Shown piece after piece: positions 11,960 through 24,477 of a stretch of DNA of 64,000 nucleotides. Positions within the stretch are counted from its first letter, which is position 1. Each line of letters opens with the position of its first letter. This DNA is from Chiloscyllium plagiosum (taxonomy: Eukaryota). The notes beneath the pieces are model-generated. The model ran no database searches. It was not told where the DNA came from and worked only from the letters and a program-made list of their open reading frames with translations. The DNA lies in the NCBI RefSeq assembly GCF_004010195.1, contig NC_057718.1, positions 8,145,552-8,209,551 of the forward strand, written 5' to 3'. The translations under genes and the position numbers were made by a program.

Positions 11960-12990
11960 ATCTCCTCTCTTTTCTCTGTAATCCTGCACATGTTCTCCAT
12001 TTAAATGATCATCTTGTGCCATTTTGAAGAACTCAGATGAACCTGCCTCCACCATCCTTCCAGGCAATACATTCCATACCCTAACTAATCACTGTTTCTT
12101 TCTCAGATCGCATTTGTTTCATTTGCAAACGCTTTAAAATTATGCTCCCTCGTTCTTAATTCATGTATGAGCAGGAACACTTTCTCCCCATCCACTCTAT
12201 CCGAGCCCCTTGTGATTTTGGAAACTTCTACTGAGTGCCCTATTAGCGTTATCATCTCCAAGAAGAACTGTCCCAATTTCTCCGATCTTTTCTCATCACT
12301 GAATTGTCCCAACGCTGGAACAATGTCCCTCTGCAATCTCCTCAATACTTTCACATCCTTCCTGTAATAAGGTGCTCAGAACTGTCCAAAAAACCCCAGT
12401 TGAGGTCTAACCACTGTCTTGTATGAGTACATCATAACCTCCCTGCTTTTGCCCGATATGCCACTATGAATGAAGCCTCGAATACTTTATGCTTTATTAA
12501 CAACTCTCTCTAACTGACTTACCATATTTAATGATTTTTATGTACTTTTACACTAAGGTTTCTTTGCTCATATACACCCTTTAGAATTATACACTTTATT
12601 TTATACTCTTTCAATGTGCTTTGTACCAAACTTCACCACCTCGCACCTTGCCACATTGAATGTTATCTGCCATCTGTCCACCCACTCCACTCACTTGTCA
12701 ATGTCCTTTTGAAGTTCTACACTGTCCTCCTGATAGTTTACAACTCTTCCATATTTTGTGTCATCCACAAATTTGAAATTGTCCACTGAACACAAGATCA
12801 CGATCATTAAGATATGTCAGGGTCCCAATACAGACCTTTAAGGAATTATACTACAAACCTATTGCCAATCTGAAAAATACCTATTAAACATTAAACTCTC
12901 TGTTTGCTGTCCCTCTGCCAATTTTTATTTGCTTTTACAGCTGTCCCTTTTATTCTATGATCTATAACGTTCCCATCACTTCTTTCAATC
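11960..12990 (-). mobile_element. Old CR1 RT fragment
   Basis: ORF 12103-12354 resembles the CR1 C-terminus; reversed KFVDD motif at about 12760. Confidence 0.75.
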
Positions 12991-13289
12991 AGAGTCTACT
13001 TCCTAATCAGCCTGCATTCTCTTCTCATGCAACTTTAAAAAATGTTGTTTTCCTTTACAATTGGTATTTCTTTTGAACGTCCTGATAATTACAGAAGGAA
13101 AACTTTAATGAAACATGCTTTTTTCAGCAATACTCAATTTCTTTACTACCAGCTGACTATTTCCAAGCAGAATGCTAGATCTGGTAAGATTGGGAAAGGC
13201 CATGGTTTAAGAGACTTCACTTGCTCAGCTGGGTTTCATAGGCAGCTCCAGTGCAATTTCAACCCATCACATGGCCTAAGACCTTAAGG

Positions 13290-13575
13290 ACACAAGAAAT
13301 AATAGAAGCAGGCCATTTGGATCCTTGAAACTTCTCCCCCATTCAGTCAGATCAACATTCCTCATGTCCACTTTCCTGCCTTTTGCCCCTAACTCTTGAT
13401 TCCCCAACTGATCAAGAATCTGTCCATCTCAGTCTTCAATGTACACAAGGACTCTGCCCCCACAGCTCTCTGTGGCAAGTAATTTCAAAGACTCACAGCC
13501 CTCTCAAAGGAGAAATCCCTCTTCATTTTCATCTTAAATTGACACTCCTTAATTCTGAGACTATGCCCCCTGGTC
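13290..13575 (-). mobile_element. CR1 3' fragment
   Basis: Matches 51800-51945 plus 52655-52790. Confidence 0.75.
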
Positions 13576-14019
13576 TTTCTATCTTAACAGCCTCTAAAGT
13601 GGCTAAGTCCTGCATAGAGTCTGCAGTGGTTTGCTGATTTATACCATTAAAATGTGTGGACACTCCCCTTCTGTTTGCTTTGTCAGTGTGACTTGCACCT
13701 CGGAATCACAAAGCTGTGAGGTTGAGTACTCTTCCAGGGCTTGAGATAGTCACTACGTAATGAGCAAACACTGGAGCTGCTGATTTGTGGATCTCCTGCT
13801 AATTCCAAACCTTGTTCATTCAGCCAATGATTAAAAACAAAGGGTTGTTGGGGGTGCGGATGGGATTTACAAAGTCAGAGCGTCTTCCATGTGTCTTGGT
13901 CAACACTTCACCCTGCTGACAGTCCCAAAACAGATTGGCTGCTAATTTAGCTCATTCACTGTGGTAGCACCTTGCTCTATGCAAACATCATCCATAGTTC
14001 ACCTTGAGGTTGTGATCTC

Positions 14020-15523
14020 CCTTAAAGACAGAAACAGGGAAATATATTACAGGGAACAAAGAAATGGCAGAAGAATTGAATTGGTAATTCAGATCTGTGT
14101 TCACTGGGGAAGACACAACAATCTCCCTGAGGTAACAGTGGCTGAAGGACCTGAATTTAAGAGCATTTACATTTGCCAGAAATTGGTGTTGTTAGGTCTG
14201 AAGGTTGATAACTCTCTGGGGCCTGATGGTCTACATCCCAGGGTACTGAAGGAGGTGGCTCGAGAAATCGTGGATGCGTTGGTGATTATTTTCCAGAGTT
14301 CGATAGATTCGNNNNNNNNNNNNNNNNNNNNNNNNNNNNNNNNNNNNNNNNNNNNNNNNNNNNNNNNNNNNNNNNNNNNNNNNNNNNNNNNNNNNNNNNN
14401 NNNNNNNNNNNNNNNNNNNNNNNNNNNNNNNNNNNNNNNNNNNNNNNNNNNNNNNNNNNNNNNNNNNNNNNNNNNNNNNNNNNNNNNNNNNNNNNNNNNN
14501 NNNNNNNNNNNNNNNNNNNNNNNNNNNNNNNNNNNNNNNNNNNNNNNNNNNNNNNNNNNNNNNNNNNNNNNNNNNNNNNNNNNNNNNNNNNNNNNNNNNN
14601 NNNNNNNNNNNNNNNNNNNNNNNNNNNNNNNNNNNNNNNNNNNNNNNNNNNNNNNNNNNNNNNNNNNNNNNNNNNNNNNNNNNNNNNNNNNNNNNNNNNN
14701 NNNNNNNNNNNNNNNNNNNNNNNNNNNNNNNNNNNNNNNNNNNNNNNNNNNNNNNNNNNNNNNNNNNNNNNNNNNNNNNNNNNNNNNNNNNNNNNNNNNN
14801 NNNNNNNNNNNNNNNNNNNNNNNNNNNNNNNNNNNNNNNATGAAGGTAAGCATGCAGGTACTGCAGGTAGTGAAGAAGGCTAATAGCATGCTGGCCTTCA
14901 TAACAAGAGGGATTGAGTATAGAAGCAAAGAGGTTCTTCTGCAGCTGTACAGGGTCCTGGTGAGACCACACCTGGAGTACTGTGTGCAGTTCTGGTCTCC
15001 AAATTTGAGGAGAGACATTCTGGCTATTGAGGGAATGCAGCGTAGGTTCACGAGGTCAATTCCTGGAATGGCGGGATTACCTTACACTGAAAGACTGGAG
15101 TGACTGGGCTTGTATACCCTTGAGTTTCGAAGATTGAGAGGGGATCTGATTGAGACGTATAAGATTATTAAAGGATTGGACACTCTGGAGGCAGGAAACA
15201 TGTTTCCGCTGATGGGTGAGTGCCGAACCAGCTTAAAAATACGGGGTAGACCATTTAGGACAGAGGTGAGGAGAAACTTCTTCACCCAGAGAGTGGTGGC
15301 TGTGTGGAATGCTCTGCCCTAGAGGGCAGTGGAGGCCCAGTCTCTGGATTCATTTAAGAAAGAGTTGGATAGAGCTCTCAAGGATTGTGGAATCAAGGGT
15401 TAAGGAGATAAGGTAGGAAGAGGATACTGATTAAGGATGATCAGCCATGATCATATTGAATGGTGGTGCAGGCTCGAAGGGCAGAATGGCCTACTCCTGC
15501 ACCTATTGTCTATTGTCTATTGT
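14020..15523 (+). mobile_element. Relatively young CR1 ORF2 spanning an assembly gap
   Basis: GPDGLHPRVLKEVA before the gap; LYRVLVRPHLEYCVQFWSP and RNFFTQRVV after it; (CTATTGT)3 tail. Confidence 0.92.
14312..14839. other. Assembly gap
   Basis: Run of N. Confidence 1.
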
Positions 15524-15602
15524 CCTGGGAGACACACTTTGACAGTGAGCTGCAGCCGTATCTTTACTTATTCAATTGAGGGTTACAGTGCTTTAGATTG
15601 TT

Positions 15603-15913
15603 TTAGATTCCCTACAGTTTGGAAACAGGCCCTTCAGCCCAAAACGTCCACACCGACCCTCTGAAGAGTAACCCACCCAGACCCATTCCCCTACCCTGTA
15701 TTTACCCCTGACTAATGCACCTAACACTATGGGCACTTCAGCACGGCCAATTCACCTGACCTGCACATCTTTGGATTGTGGGAGGAAACTGGAGCACCCA
15801 GAGGAAACCCACGCAGACACGGGGAGAATGTGTAAACTCCACACAGTCACCCGAGGGTGGAATCGAACCTGGGTACCTGGCGCCATGAGGCAACACTGCT
15901 ATCCACCGAGCCC
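15603..15913 (-). mobile_element. HE1-type V-SINE
   Basis: Reverse complement of the copy at 51950-52268. Confidence 0.88.
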
Positions 15914-16349
15914 GTTTTCAAATGTTGGGACAAGACAGATGGATAACAATTATTCCTGTTCACTCTTGCATTCCTTTTGTGGTAACTTGCAACAGTGATA
16001 CACATATGAGTAAAAACAAGTAAGACAGTGTCCCTCCCAGGCACTGATGAAATGGGATTTGGAATTTCCTGTCATTTGATGCCTGATGCACTTTAGTCAA
16101 CTCTCCCTAGGCAGAGGAGGAGGCACGGAAGTAACAATTTTGTACCTTTGCCATTACATCAATTGAATGATTCCAGAATTGATATCCCTAATTCCCAGAC
16201 TTTGCTCTGCACTCCTTCACCTTCAACCTATGCCTGTAAAGGTAGAACCCACATGTGACCCCTGCTGACCTACGTTCCAGGAAGGAAGCATTGAGTCCAT
16301 ACATGGCTCACAATGCGGGTCCATAATCACAACTTCCAACCTACCATAC

Positions 16350-17165
16350 CAGTCATAGAGATGTACAGCACAGAAACAGCACAATCTAGCCCCTCCTGCC
16401 AGCACCCGGCCCATATCCCTCCAAACCCTTCCTATTCATATACCCATCCAAATGCCTTTCAAATGTTGCAATTGTACCAGCCTCCACCACTTTCTCTGGC
16501 AGCTCATTCCATATACGTACCACCCTCTGTGTGAAAACATTGCCCCTTAGGTCCCTTTTATATCTTTCCCCTCTCACCCTATACCTATGCCCTCTAGTTC
16601 TGGACTCCCCCACCCCAGGGAAAAGATTTTGTCTATTTACCCTATCCATGCCCCTCATAATTTTGTAAACCTCTATAAGGTCACCCCTCAGCCTCTGACG
16701 CTCCTGGAAAAACAGCCCCAGCCTGTTAAGCCTCTCCCTATAGCTCAGATCCTCCAACCCTGGCAACATCCTTGTAAATCTTTTCTGAACCCATTCAAGT
16801 TTCACAGCATCCTTCTGATAGGAAGGAGACCAGAATTGCACGCAATATTCCAACAGTGGCCTAACCAATGTCCTGTACAACCGCAACATGACCTCCCAAC
16901 TCCTATACTCAATGCACTTACCTATAAAGGAAAGCATATCCTTTCTACTATCCTATCTACCTGCGACTCCACTTTCAAGGAGCTATAAACCTGAACTCCA
17001 AGGTCTCTTTGTTCAGCAACACTCCCCAGTACCTTACCATTATGTGTATAAGTCCTGCTAAGACTTGCTTTCCCAAAATGCAGTGCCTTACATTTATCAG
17101 AATTAAACACCATCTGCCACTTCTCAGCCCATTGGCCATCTGATCAAGATCCCGTTGTAATCTGA
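16350..17165 (-). mobile_element. CR1/HER1-like LINE 3' portion
   Basis: ORF 16386-16937 LYRTLVRPLLEYCVQFWSP...VFTQRVVRIWNELP. Confidence 0.92.
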
Positions 17166-17544
17166 GTTCTAACTGATGAATGGCTGTCTGTGGACAGCCT
17201 TCTCTGGGACATTTGAAGAACAAAGAACGATACAGCACAGGTACAGGCCCTTCAACCCACCAAGCCTCTGCTGACACAAAGGGCCTTTCTCAACTAAAAA
17301 CCCTTTGCTTCTATGTGGTGGGTATTCCAGTATTCCCTGCAAATTCAAATATCTGTCAAGGTGCTGTCTAAATGTTGAGATGCCTGTTAAACATGCCAGG
17401 ACTGCTTTGTTGTCCAACCAACCACACGGTCTCACCAGATAAAGGCCCAACTCCAATTTGGGTTCAGATGAATGTACAGACTGGGGAAGGATGGTGTCAT
17501 CAATTCAGCGAGTCCAAGACAGTAAAGTTGCTCTGTCGTGCTGT

Positions 17545-18015
17545 GAGTCATAGAGATATATAGCATGGAAATAGACCCTTCAGTTCAACTCATCCATGCT
17601 GACCAGATATCCTAAATTAATCTGGTCCTATTTGCCAGCACTTGGACCACATCCCTCTAAACACTTCCTATTCTTGTACCCATCCAGATGCCTTTTAAAT
17701 GTTGTAATTGTACCAGCCTCCACTATTTCCTCTGGCAGCTCATTCCATACACGTACCACCCTCAGTATGAAAAAATTGCCCCTTAGGTCCCTTTTAAACC
17801 TTTCCCCTCTCACCCTAAACCTATGCCCTCTAGTTCTGGATTCCCCGACCCCAGGGAAAAGACTTTGCTATTTCTCCTATCCATGCCCCTCATGATTTTA
17901 TAAACCTTTATAAGGTCACCCTTCAGCCTCTGACGCTCTAGGGAAAACAACCCTAGCCTATTCAGCCTCTCCTTATAGCTCAAACTCTCCAATCCCAACA
18001 ACATCCTCGTAAATC
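17545..18015 (-). mobile_element. CR1/HER1-like LINE 3' fragment
   Basis: ORFs 17628-17813 and 17810-18004 (RLKGDLIKVYKIMRG). Confidence 0.9.
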
Positions 18016-18029
18016 AGGTGAGACTGTAT

Positions 18030-18132
18030 AAGAAATCAAGATTAGAGTCATGCTGGAAAAGCACAGCAGGTCAGGCAGCATCCAAAGAGAAGGAAAATCG
18101 ACGTTTCAGGCAAAAGCCCTTCATCAGGAATG
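18030..18132 (-). mobile_element. PLE mini-element with hammerhead core
   Basis: Minus strand CAUUC CUGAUGA A GGGC-UUUU-GCCU GAAACGUC. Confidence 0.75.
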
Positions 18133-18641
18133 AGCATTGGACATTCCTACAGCACATGATCAGAGCGGTTCAGGAAGGCAGCTCAGCAATACCATGTCAA
18201 AAACAATTAGGGATGGGCAATAAAAGTTGGTTCTTCCAGTAACACTGACTGCCCATGCACCAACATGAAGAAAACTTCAGTGAACCGAGCAAAAATATAC
18301 CACTCCTCCATCATTGCCAGTCCAACGTCCCACAGCCAGGATGGAGGTATCTTCACTGGATTCATGATCCAGAGAACCAGGCAACATTTTTGTAAAATTC
18401 ATTCATGGGACATGGGTATCGCTGGGAGGGCCAGTGTTTATTGCCCATCCCGAATTGCTCTATGAGAAGTTGGGGGTGAGCTGTCTTCTTGATTTGCCTG
18501 GGTAGCATACAAAACAAAACCTTTCACTGTATCCCCGGTACACAGAACAATAATAAATCAAATCAAATCAAATCACTCTATGTGCTGTAAATAGACCCAT
18601 AACGCTGTTATAGGGATGAAATTCCTGGATTTGTTAGCTAG

Positions 18642-19045
18642 TTTTGAGAAGGTTTGTAGCTCAGGTTGATGATAAGTCTGTAAGTTAGCTCGCTGAGCTG
18701 GAAGATTTGTTTTCAGACGTTTTGTCACCATGACGAGGTGACATCACCAGTGAGAGCTCTGGTGACGCGCTGGTGCTATGTCCCACCTCTCTATTTATTG
18801 GTCTCAATTTCTGAAGGTAGGTGATGTCATTTCCAGTTCTTTTTTAGATCCTTTCAACCTTCCTTGAAAAAAAGAATTGGAAATTACATCACCCACCTTA
18901 AGAAACCAAGACCTATAAATAGAGGGGCGGGACATACCACCTGTGCTTCACGGGACACTCTCACTTATGATGTTACCTAGCATGGTGACGAAACATCTGA
19001 AAACAAATCTTCCAGCTCAGTGAGCTAACTTACATACTTATCCTC
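18642..19045. mobile_element. PLE fold-back (two inverted pseudo-LTRs), hammerheads decayed
   Basis: TAAGTTAGCTCGCTGAGCTGGAAGATTTGTTTTCAGA inverted as TCTGAAAACAAATCTTCCAGCTCAGTGAGCTAACTTA; related to 7301-7908. Confidence 0.85.
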
Positions 19046-19544
19046 GGTTTCTGTCGTAATTTTATTTTTTTATTATGAACCCTTGCCCAAGTTTAATGGA
19101 TAGTTAAGGTAGAACTTAAAATTACCAGAGTTAAATTTCTGCAGGATCTAGGTGAGTATGCAGCACCTCCAAGGGTTAATTTGTGACTTGAAGCTGTACA
19201 ACTGGGGTTATACTGCTCGATTAGAGGTAGATTTGATTAAAATCTTCAAGGTATGAAGGGAACTCATAACTGATTATAGTGAGACACCATTGCTACTGCT
19301 GGCTGAAGTGTCCACAGTCAGAAGGTTTCTTAAAGACTAGAGCCAGATCATTCTGAAGAAATTATGGAAGACGAAAGACAACATCGCCATTGGACCATAG
19401 GGCTGCTCTCTCATTAGAGAGAGGTAACTGGTGGTGGTTTAACCTGAGGGTCCACCATGTCTCAGGTGGGGGGAGAGGTTAAGAAGGAGAATCCCTCATG
19501 GTAACCTCAGTCAGTGTAGGAATCACACTCATGCCATTGGTATC

Positions 19545-21003
19545 TCAAATTGGCTAGGTTTGCAGACGTTACAAAGATAGGTAGAGGGACAGATAACATA
19601 GAGGAGACGGAGAGGCGCAGAAGGATTGAGACAGGTTAGGGGAGTGGACAAAGAAGTGGCAGATGGAATACAGCATGGGAAAGTGTGAGGTCATGCACTT
19701 TGGTCGGAAGAATAGAGGCATGGACTACTTTCTAAATGGGGAGAAGATTCAAAAGTCTGAAGTGCAAAGGGATTTGGGATTTCTAGTCCAGGATTCTCTC
19801 AAGGTAAACTTGCAAGTTGAGTCAGTATTTAGGAAGGCAAATACAATGTTGGCATTTATCTCAGGACGAGTTGAATACAAAAGCAAGGATGTATTTCTGA
19901 GGCTATATAAGGCTCTGGTCAGACTGTATTTAGAGTATTCTGAGCAATTTTGGGGCCCATTCCTCAGCAAGGATACATTGGCCCTGGGGTAGATCCAGAG
20001 GAGATTCATGACAAGTATCCCAGGAATGAAAGGTTAACATATGAGGAATGTTTGAGACTCTGGGTCTATACTTGATGGAGTTTAGAAGGATGGGGCGGGG
20101 GGGAATCTAATTGAAACTTACAGAATACTGAATGGCCTGGACAAAGTGGATGTTCCCATTGATAGGAAAGACTAGTAGCCAAAGGCACAGCTTAAGAGTA
20201 AAAGGAAGACCTTTTAAAATGGAGATAAGGAGAAACTTCTTCAGCCAGAGAGTGGTAAATCTGTAGAATTCACTGCCACAGAAGGCTGTGGAGGCCAGGT
20301 CATTGAGTATATTTAAAACAAAGATGGGTATGTTCTTCGTTGTCAAGGGGATTAAGGGTTATGGGGACATAGCAGGAGAATGGGCTTCAGAAACCTATCA
20401 ACCATAGAGTCATAGAGATGTTCAGCACGGAAACAGACCCTTCGGTCCAACGTGCCCATGTCAACCAGATATCCTAAACTAATCTAGCCCCATTTGCCAA
20501 CACATGGCCCATATCCCTCCAAACCATTCTTATTCATATACCCATCCAAATGCCTTTTAAATGCTGTAATTGTACCAGTCTCTACCATTTCCTCTGGCAG
20601 CTCATTCCATACACGTACCACCCTCTGTGTGAAAATGTTGCCCCTTAGGTCTCTTTTTAAATCTCTCCCCTCTCACTCAAAACCAATGTCCTCTAGTTCT
20701 GGACTCCCCCACCCCAGGAAAAAGACCTTGTCTGTTTATCCTATCCATGCCCCTCATGATTTTATAAGCCTCTATAAAGTCACCCCTCAGCCTCCGATGC
20801 TCCAGGGAAAACAGCTCAAGCCTATTCAGCCTCTCCCTGTTGCTCCAATCTGCCAGCCCTGGCAACATTCTTGTAAATCGTTTCTGAACGCTTTCAAGTT
20901 TCATAACATCCTCCCCATGATCGAGCCTGCTCAAGTGTTGATTGAATGGCAGAGGAAACTTGAGGGGCTGAATGGCCTAATTTCTGCCCCTATGTCTTAT
21001 GGA
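19545..21003 (+). mobile_element. CR1 RT-to-3'-end fragment, interrupted at about 20405-20920
   Basis: ORF 19663-19992 KCEVMHFG...LYKALVRLYLEY; tail resumes at about 20935. Confidence 0.88.
20405..20920 (-). mobile_element. CR1/HER1-like 3' fragment nested in the previous CR1 tail
   Basis: ORF 20677-20934 VQKRFTRMLPG...RLRGDFIEAYKIMRG. Confidence 0.9.
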
Positions 21004-21581
21004 CTCAATGACTTGTTACATGAAGCCTGAGTATCTGGTGGCATTGAGAGGTCTCAAGACCAACCCTGACCTATACATCCTGATGCCCATTCCCTGTCAG
21101 AGATTGGGATAGTCAGCTTCACCAAATGTGACTACACTAACAGAATGCATGCCGTTCTCAATGATGGTATCACTGGGTTTATGACTGACTGCTTCTTCTG
21201 TATTGTCTCCATTTAGATGAGCTGTGGGGCAGCGTTCTGCCTCATGAGATGATGATTTGCATGGAATGATGATGACAGGACTGTTGATGATCTGCTTTTT
21301 AAGCCTAGTCAGAGTGCATAAGCAACTAAGTGGTTTTAGACTCACAGTGAAACAATCAGCTTGGTATGTCAATTAGAGGATAAACATTAGCCAGGACTCT
21401 GGGTAAAACCCTTCTGCCCGAAATATCATCAATGTGACACAGCAATCTCGATGCACTGGCATTGCCTAAATCTGAATTCATTAAACTCATAAATCTTGAA
21501 TCTCATGCATTTGAGTTCAAAAACATTAACACTACCATCGATGTAGTAATGGACTCTTCTCTGGGTTGATTATGAGGCAAT

Positions 21582-22378
21582 GATTCCTTCCGCTCTTGAT
21601 CCCCGCCCCTCCAATCGCCACCAAGACAGAACCCCACTGGTCCTCACTTACCACCCCACCAACCTCCATATACATTGTATCATCTGTCACCTCCATATAC
21701 ATTGTATCATCTGTCNNNNNNNNNNNNNNNNNNNNNNNNNNNNNNNNNNNNNNNNNNNNNNNNNNNNNNNNNNNNNNNNNNNNNNNNNNNNNNNNNNNNN
21801 NNNNNNNNNNNNNNNNNNNNNNNNNNNNNNNNNNNNNNNNNNNNNNNNNNNNNNNNNNNNNNNNNNNNNNNNNNNNNNNNNNNNNNNNNNNNNNNNNNNN
21901 NNNNNNNNNNNNNNNNNNNNNNNNNNNNNNNNNNNNNNNNNNNNNNNNNNNNNNNNNNNNNNNNNNNNNNNNNNNNNNNNNNNNNNNNNNNNNNNNNNNN
22001 NNNNNNNNNNNNNNNNNNNNNNNNNNNNNNNNNNNNNNNNNNNNNNNNNNNNNNNNNNNNNNNNNNNNNNNNNNNNNNNNNNNNNNNNNNNNNNNNNNNN
22101 NNNNNNNNNNNNNNNNNNNNNNNNNCTTGACCTCCTTCCACCTATCGCATTTCCAACGACCCTCCCCAAGTCCCTCCTCCCTACCTTTTATCTTAGCTTG
22201 CTTGGCACACTTTCCTCATTCCTGAAGACGGGCTCATGCCCGAAATGTTGATTCTCCTGCTCCTTGGATGCTGCCTGACCTGCTGCGCTTTTCCAGCAAC
22301 ACATTTTAAGCTCTGATCTCCAGCATCTGCAGTCCACATTTTCAGCTCTGATCTCCAGCATCTGCAGTCCTCACTTAC
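21582..22378 (+). mobile_element. Penelope-like element 3' part spanning a gap
   Basis: DRTPLVLTYHPTN (compare DRVPLVLTY in 47166-47813); hammerhead-like CTGAAGACGGGCTCATGCCCGAAATGTT at about 22222; duplicated tail. Confidence 0.8.
21716..22125. other. Assembly gap
   Basis: Run of N. Confidence 1.
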
Positions 22379-22459
22379 CCCTTCTGTATACCCAATATGT
22401 AGCTGATAGGATTGATATATGTGAATCTACAGTGGCATGTGAGAGTATCCTAGATACTG

Positions 22460-22670
22460 TAATCCAATGGAATTTGAATTCACTGAAAACAAATCTGGAA
22501 TTAAGAATCAGCTAATGACCATGAAGCTATTGCCAATTGTCAGAAAAACCCATTTGGAAAGAAATCTGCCATCCTTATCTAGTCTGGCCTACATGTGACT
22601 CCAGACCCACAGCAACTGTGGTTGACTCTCAACTGCCCTCTGAAATGGCCAAGCAAGCCACATGATTGTC
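22460..22670 (+). mobile_element. SINE-like repeat (family of 1828-2150)
   Basis: GGCCTACATGTGACTCCAGACCCACAGCAA...GTTGACTCTCAACTGCCCTCTG. Confidence 0.7.
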
Positions 22671-23936
22671 TCAATCCAAACAAAGTCTCAACAAAGAAAT
22701 GAAATGGATGGACTGGCATTGAATTAGGCATCTGAAAAGACAATGACAACCATCCTAATGAGTGCAAGATGTAAAATGTCAACAGCATGGTCTCTGTAGA
22801 ACGAACCTTCTCTCAGTACTGCACTGATGTGTCATTGTGGGCTTGAAAAGGATCTGGAGCCACCTGGCTCAATCAAGAGTGCACCCACAGACCCACAGCT
22901 AAACTGTAAAGCCATTGTTTATTTCAATCATGGTTGACCAAGGCATTGTTGTGGAGAAAATTCATTAACACATGCAACAAACAACACAGATTCACACATA
23001 GAGACCCAGTCTCTGCAAACAAAAAGCATATCTCCACGCCTTGTGCCATTTTTAATCGCCTGGGATCTTGAGGAGCCAATGGTTCCATATTATTTTCTCT
23101 ATGGCAATGTCGCAGCCAATCAGAGTCCACTTGTGAATGATTTTGCATATTTTGTCCTGTTGTATAAATTCTTGCGATTGTTTGAAATTTGGCATTCTTG
23201 TTTTGGTCCTGATGTGTGCATGGCAAATTGTTTTCCTGATACGTCTCTATTTTCAGCCAAGTTCAAGTTAAGAACTTCATTGATTTCTTGGTGTATCTGG
23301 ATTGTGAAATGCTAGTCATTTCTCCTTTTTTTGCTGTCATCCCCTGTTTACGGCCTAGTTCCAGACCATATATTGCCTTCTTGCCCTGCACTCTGAATTC
23401 AAAGTAAATATTCAATGTGGAAGAAAGTGAATCAGCACATCAGCAGAAAACATAATGAACTCTTGCGCAAATCCTGCAGAGGCGGAATCAGCCATTGTTG
23501 GAACGTAATTAACCTTCCTACCCTGAGGCGTGCTCCACCCAGAGGACACAGCTGTAAGAAAAACAGCCGAATCGCCAAAAAACCCGGCCCCAGTCAGATT
23601 GACATGTTCCCTCACTGTTGGATAACTGCTGAGGCGGCTCCAAGCGATCAAAGGAAATCACTGTTCACCAGCAACTGCAGCTGAATCAGAGTTTCATCTT
23701 CATAACTGAAGAAGGAAGCGTGGCTGGATGAGAATTGTAATAGTGAAGTGAACTATAATAGGCACGGTGGTTCAGTGGTTAGCACGGCTGCCTCACAGCA
23801 ACAGGGACCCTGGTTCAATTCCACCCTCAGGTGACTGTCTGCGTGGAGTTTGCACATTCTCCCTGTGTCTGCGTGGGTATCCTCTGGGTACTCCAGTTTC
23901 TTCACACAGTCCAAAGGTGTGTAGTTTAAGGGGATT

Positions 23937-24066
23937 AGGTGAAAATGAGGACTGCAGATGCTGGAAACCAGAGTTTAGATTAGAGTGGTGCTGGAAAAGC
24001 ACAGCAGGTCAGGCAGCATCCGAGGAGCAGGAAAATCGACGTTTCGGGCAAAAGCCCTTCATCAGG
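23937..24066 (-). mobile_element. PLE mini-element with 11-bp TSD
   Basis: TTAAGGGGATT at 23926-23936 and 24067-24077. Confidence 0.85.
24034..24066 (-). ncRNA. Minimal hammerhead ribozyme core
   Basis: Minus strand C CUGAUGA A GGGC-UUUU-GCCC GAAA CGUC GAUU; helix I is mostly lost by truncation. Confidence 0.6.
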
Positions 24067-24477
24067 TTAAGGGGATTGGTCATGCTAAATTTCTCATGAA
24101 TGTGCAAGGTAGGTGGATTAACCACAGGAAATGTAGGGTCACAGGGATGGGGTGAGATGCCTCTTTGAAGGGGCACTGTTGACTCAAGGGGCTGAATAGC
24201 CTGCTTCCACGCTGTAGGGATTCTATGAGTCAATGATATGTTCCATCACAGCGATATTAACCCCAAAGCAAGTCAACAACTTCCCTGCTTTCGTTTTCCA
24301 TCTGTGGAGAGTGTGATATTTGTAGATGTTTCAGTTTGATCCTGCACTTCCATACGGCAGTTCCACAGAGCTCCAGTTCAACCAGGTTGAGAATCTGTTG
24401 TTTTTGTTATCCGAGTGGATATGGCTGGTATTGATGCAAAGACAGTATTTCTGCTACAAATGAGAAAAGAACTTTGA

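Larger units (their letters stand above)
23760..24228 (+). mobile_element. HE1-type V-SINE interrupted by a PLE mini-element
   Basis: tRNA-like head GGCACGGTGGTTCAGTGG...GGTTCAATTCC; V-domain GGAGTTTGCACATTCTCCC. Confidence 0.88.

Noticed and set aside
13961..15103. 380-aa ORF and the overlapping long ORFs
   Set aside because: Length is an artefact of the N gap; the real residues are CR1 ORF2
21190..21270. Plus-strand splice acceptor CTTCTTCTGTATTGTCTCCATTTAG
   Set aside because: All three frames stop within about 55 nt, there is no convincing donor and no recognisable peptide
21580..22251. Long ORFs in five frames
   Set aside because: They span the second N gap
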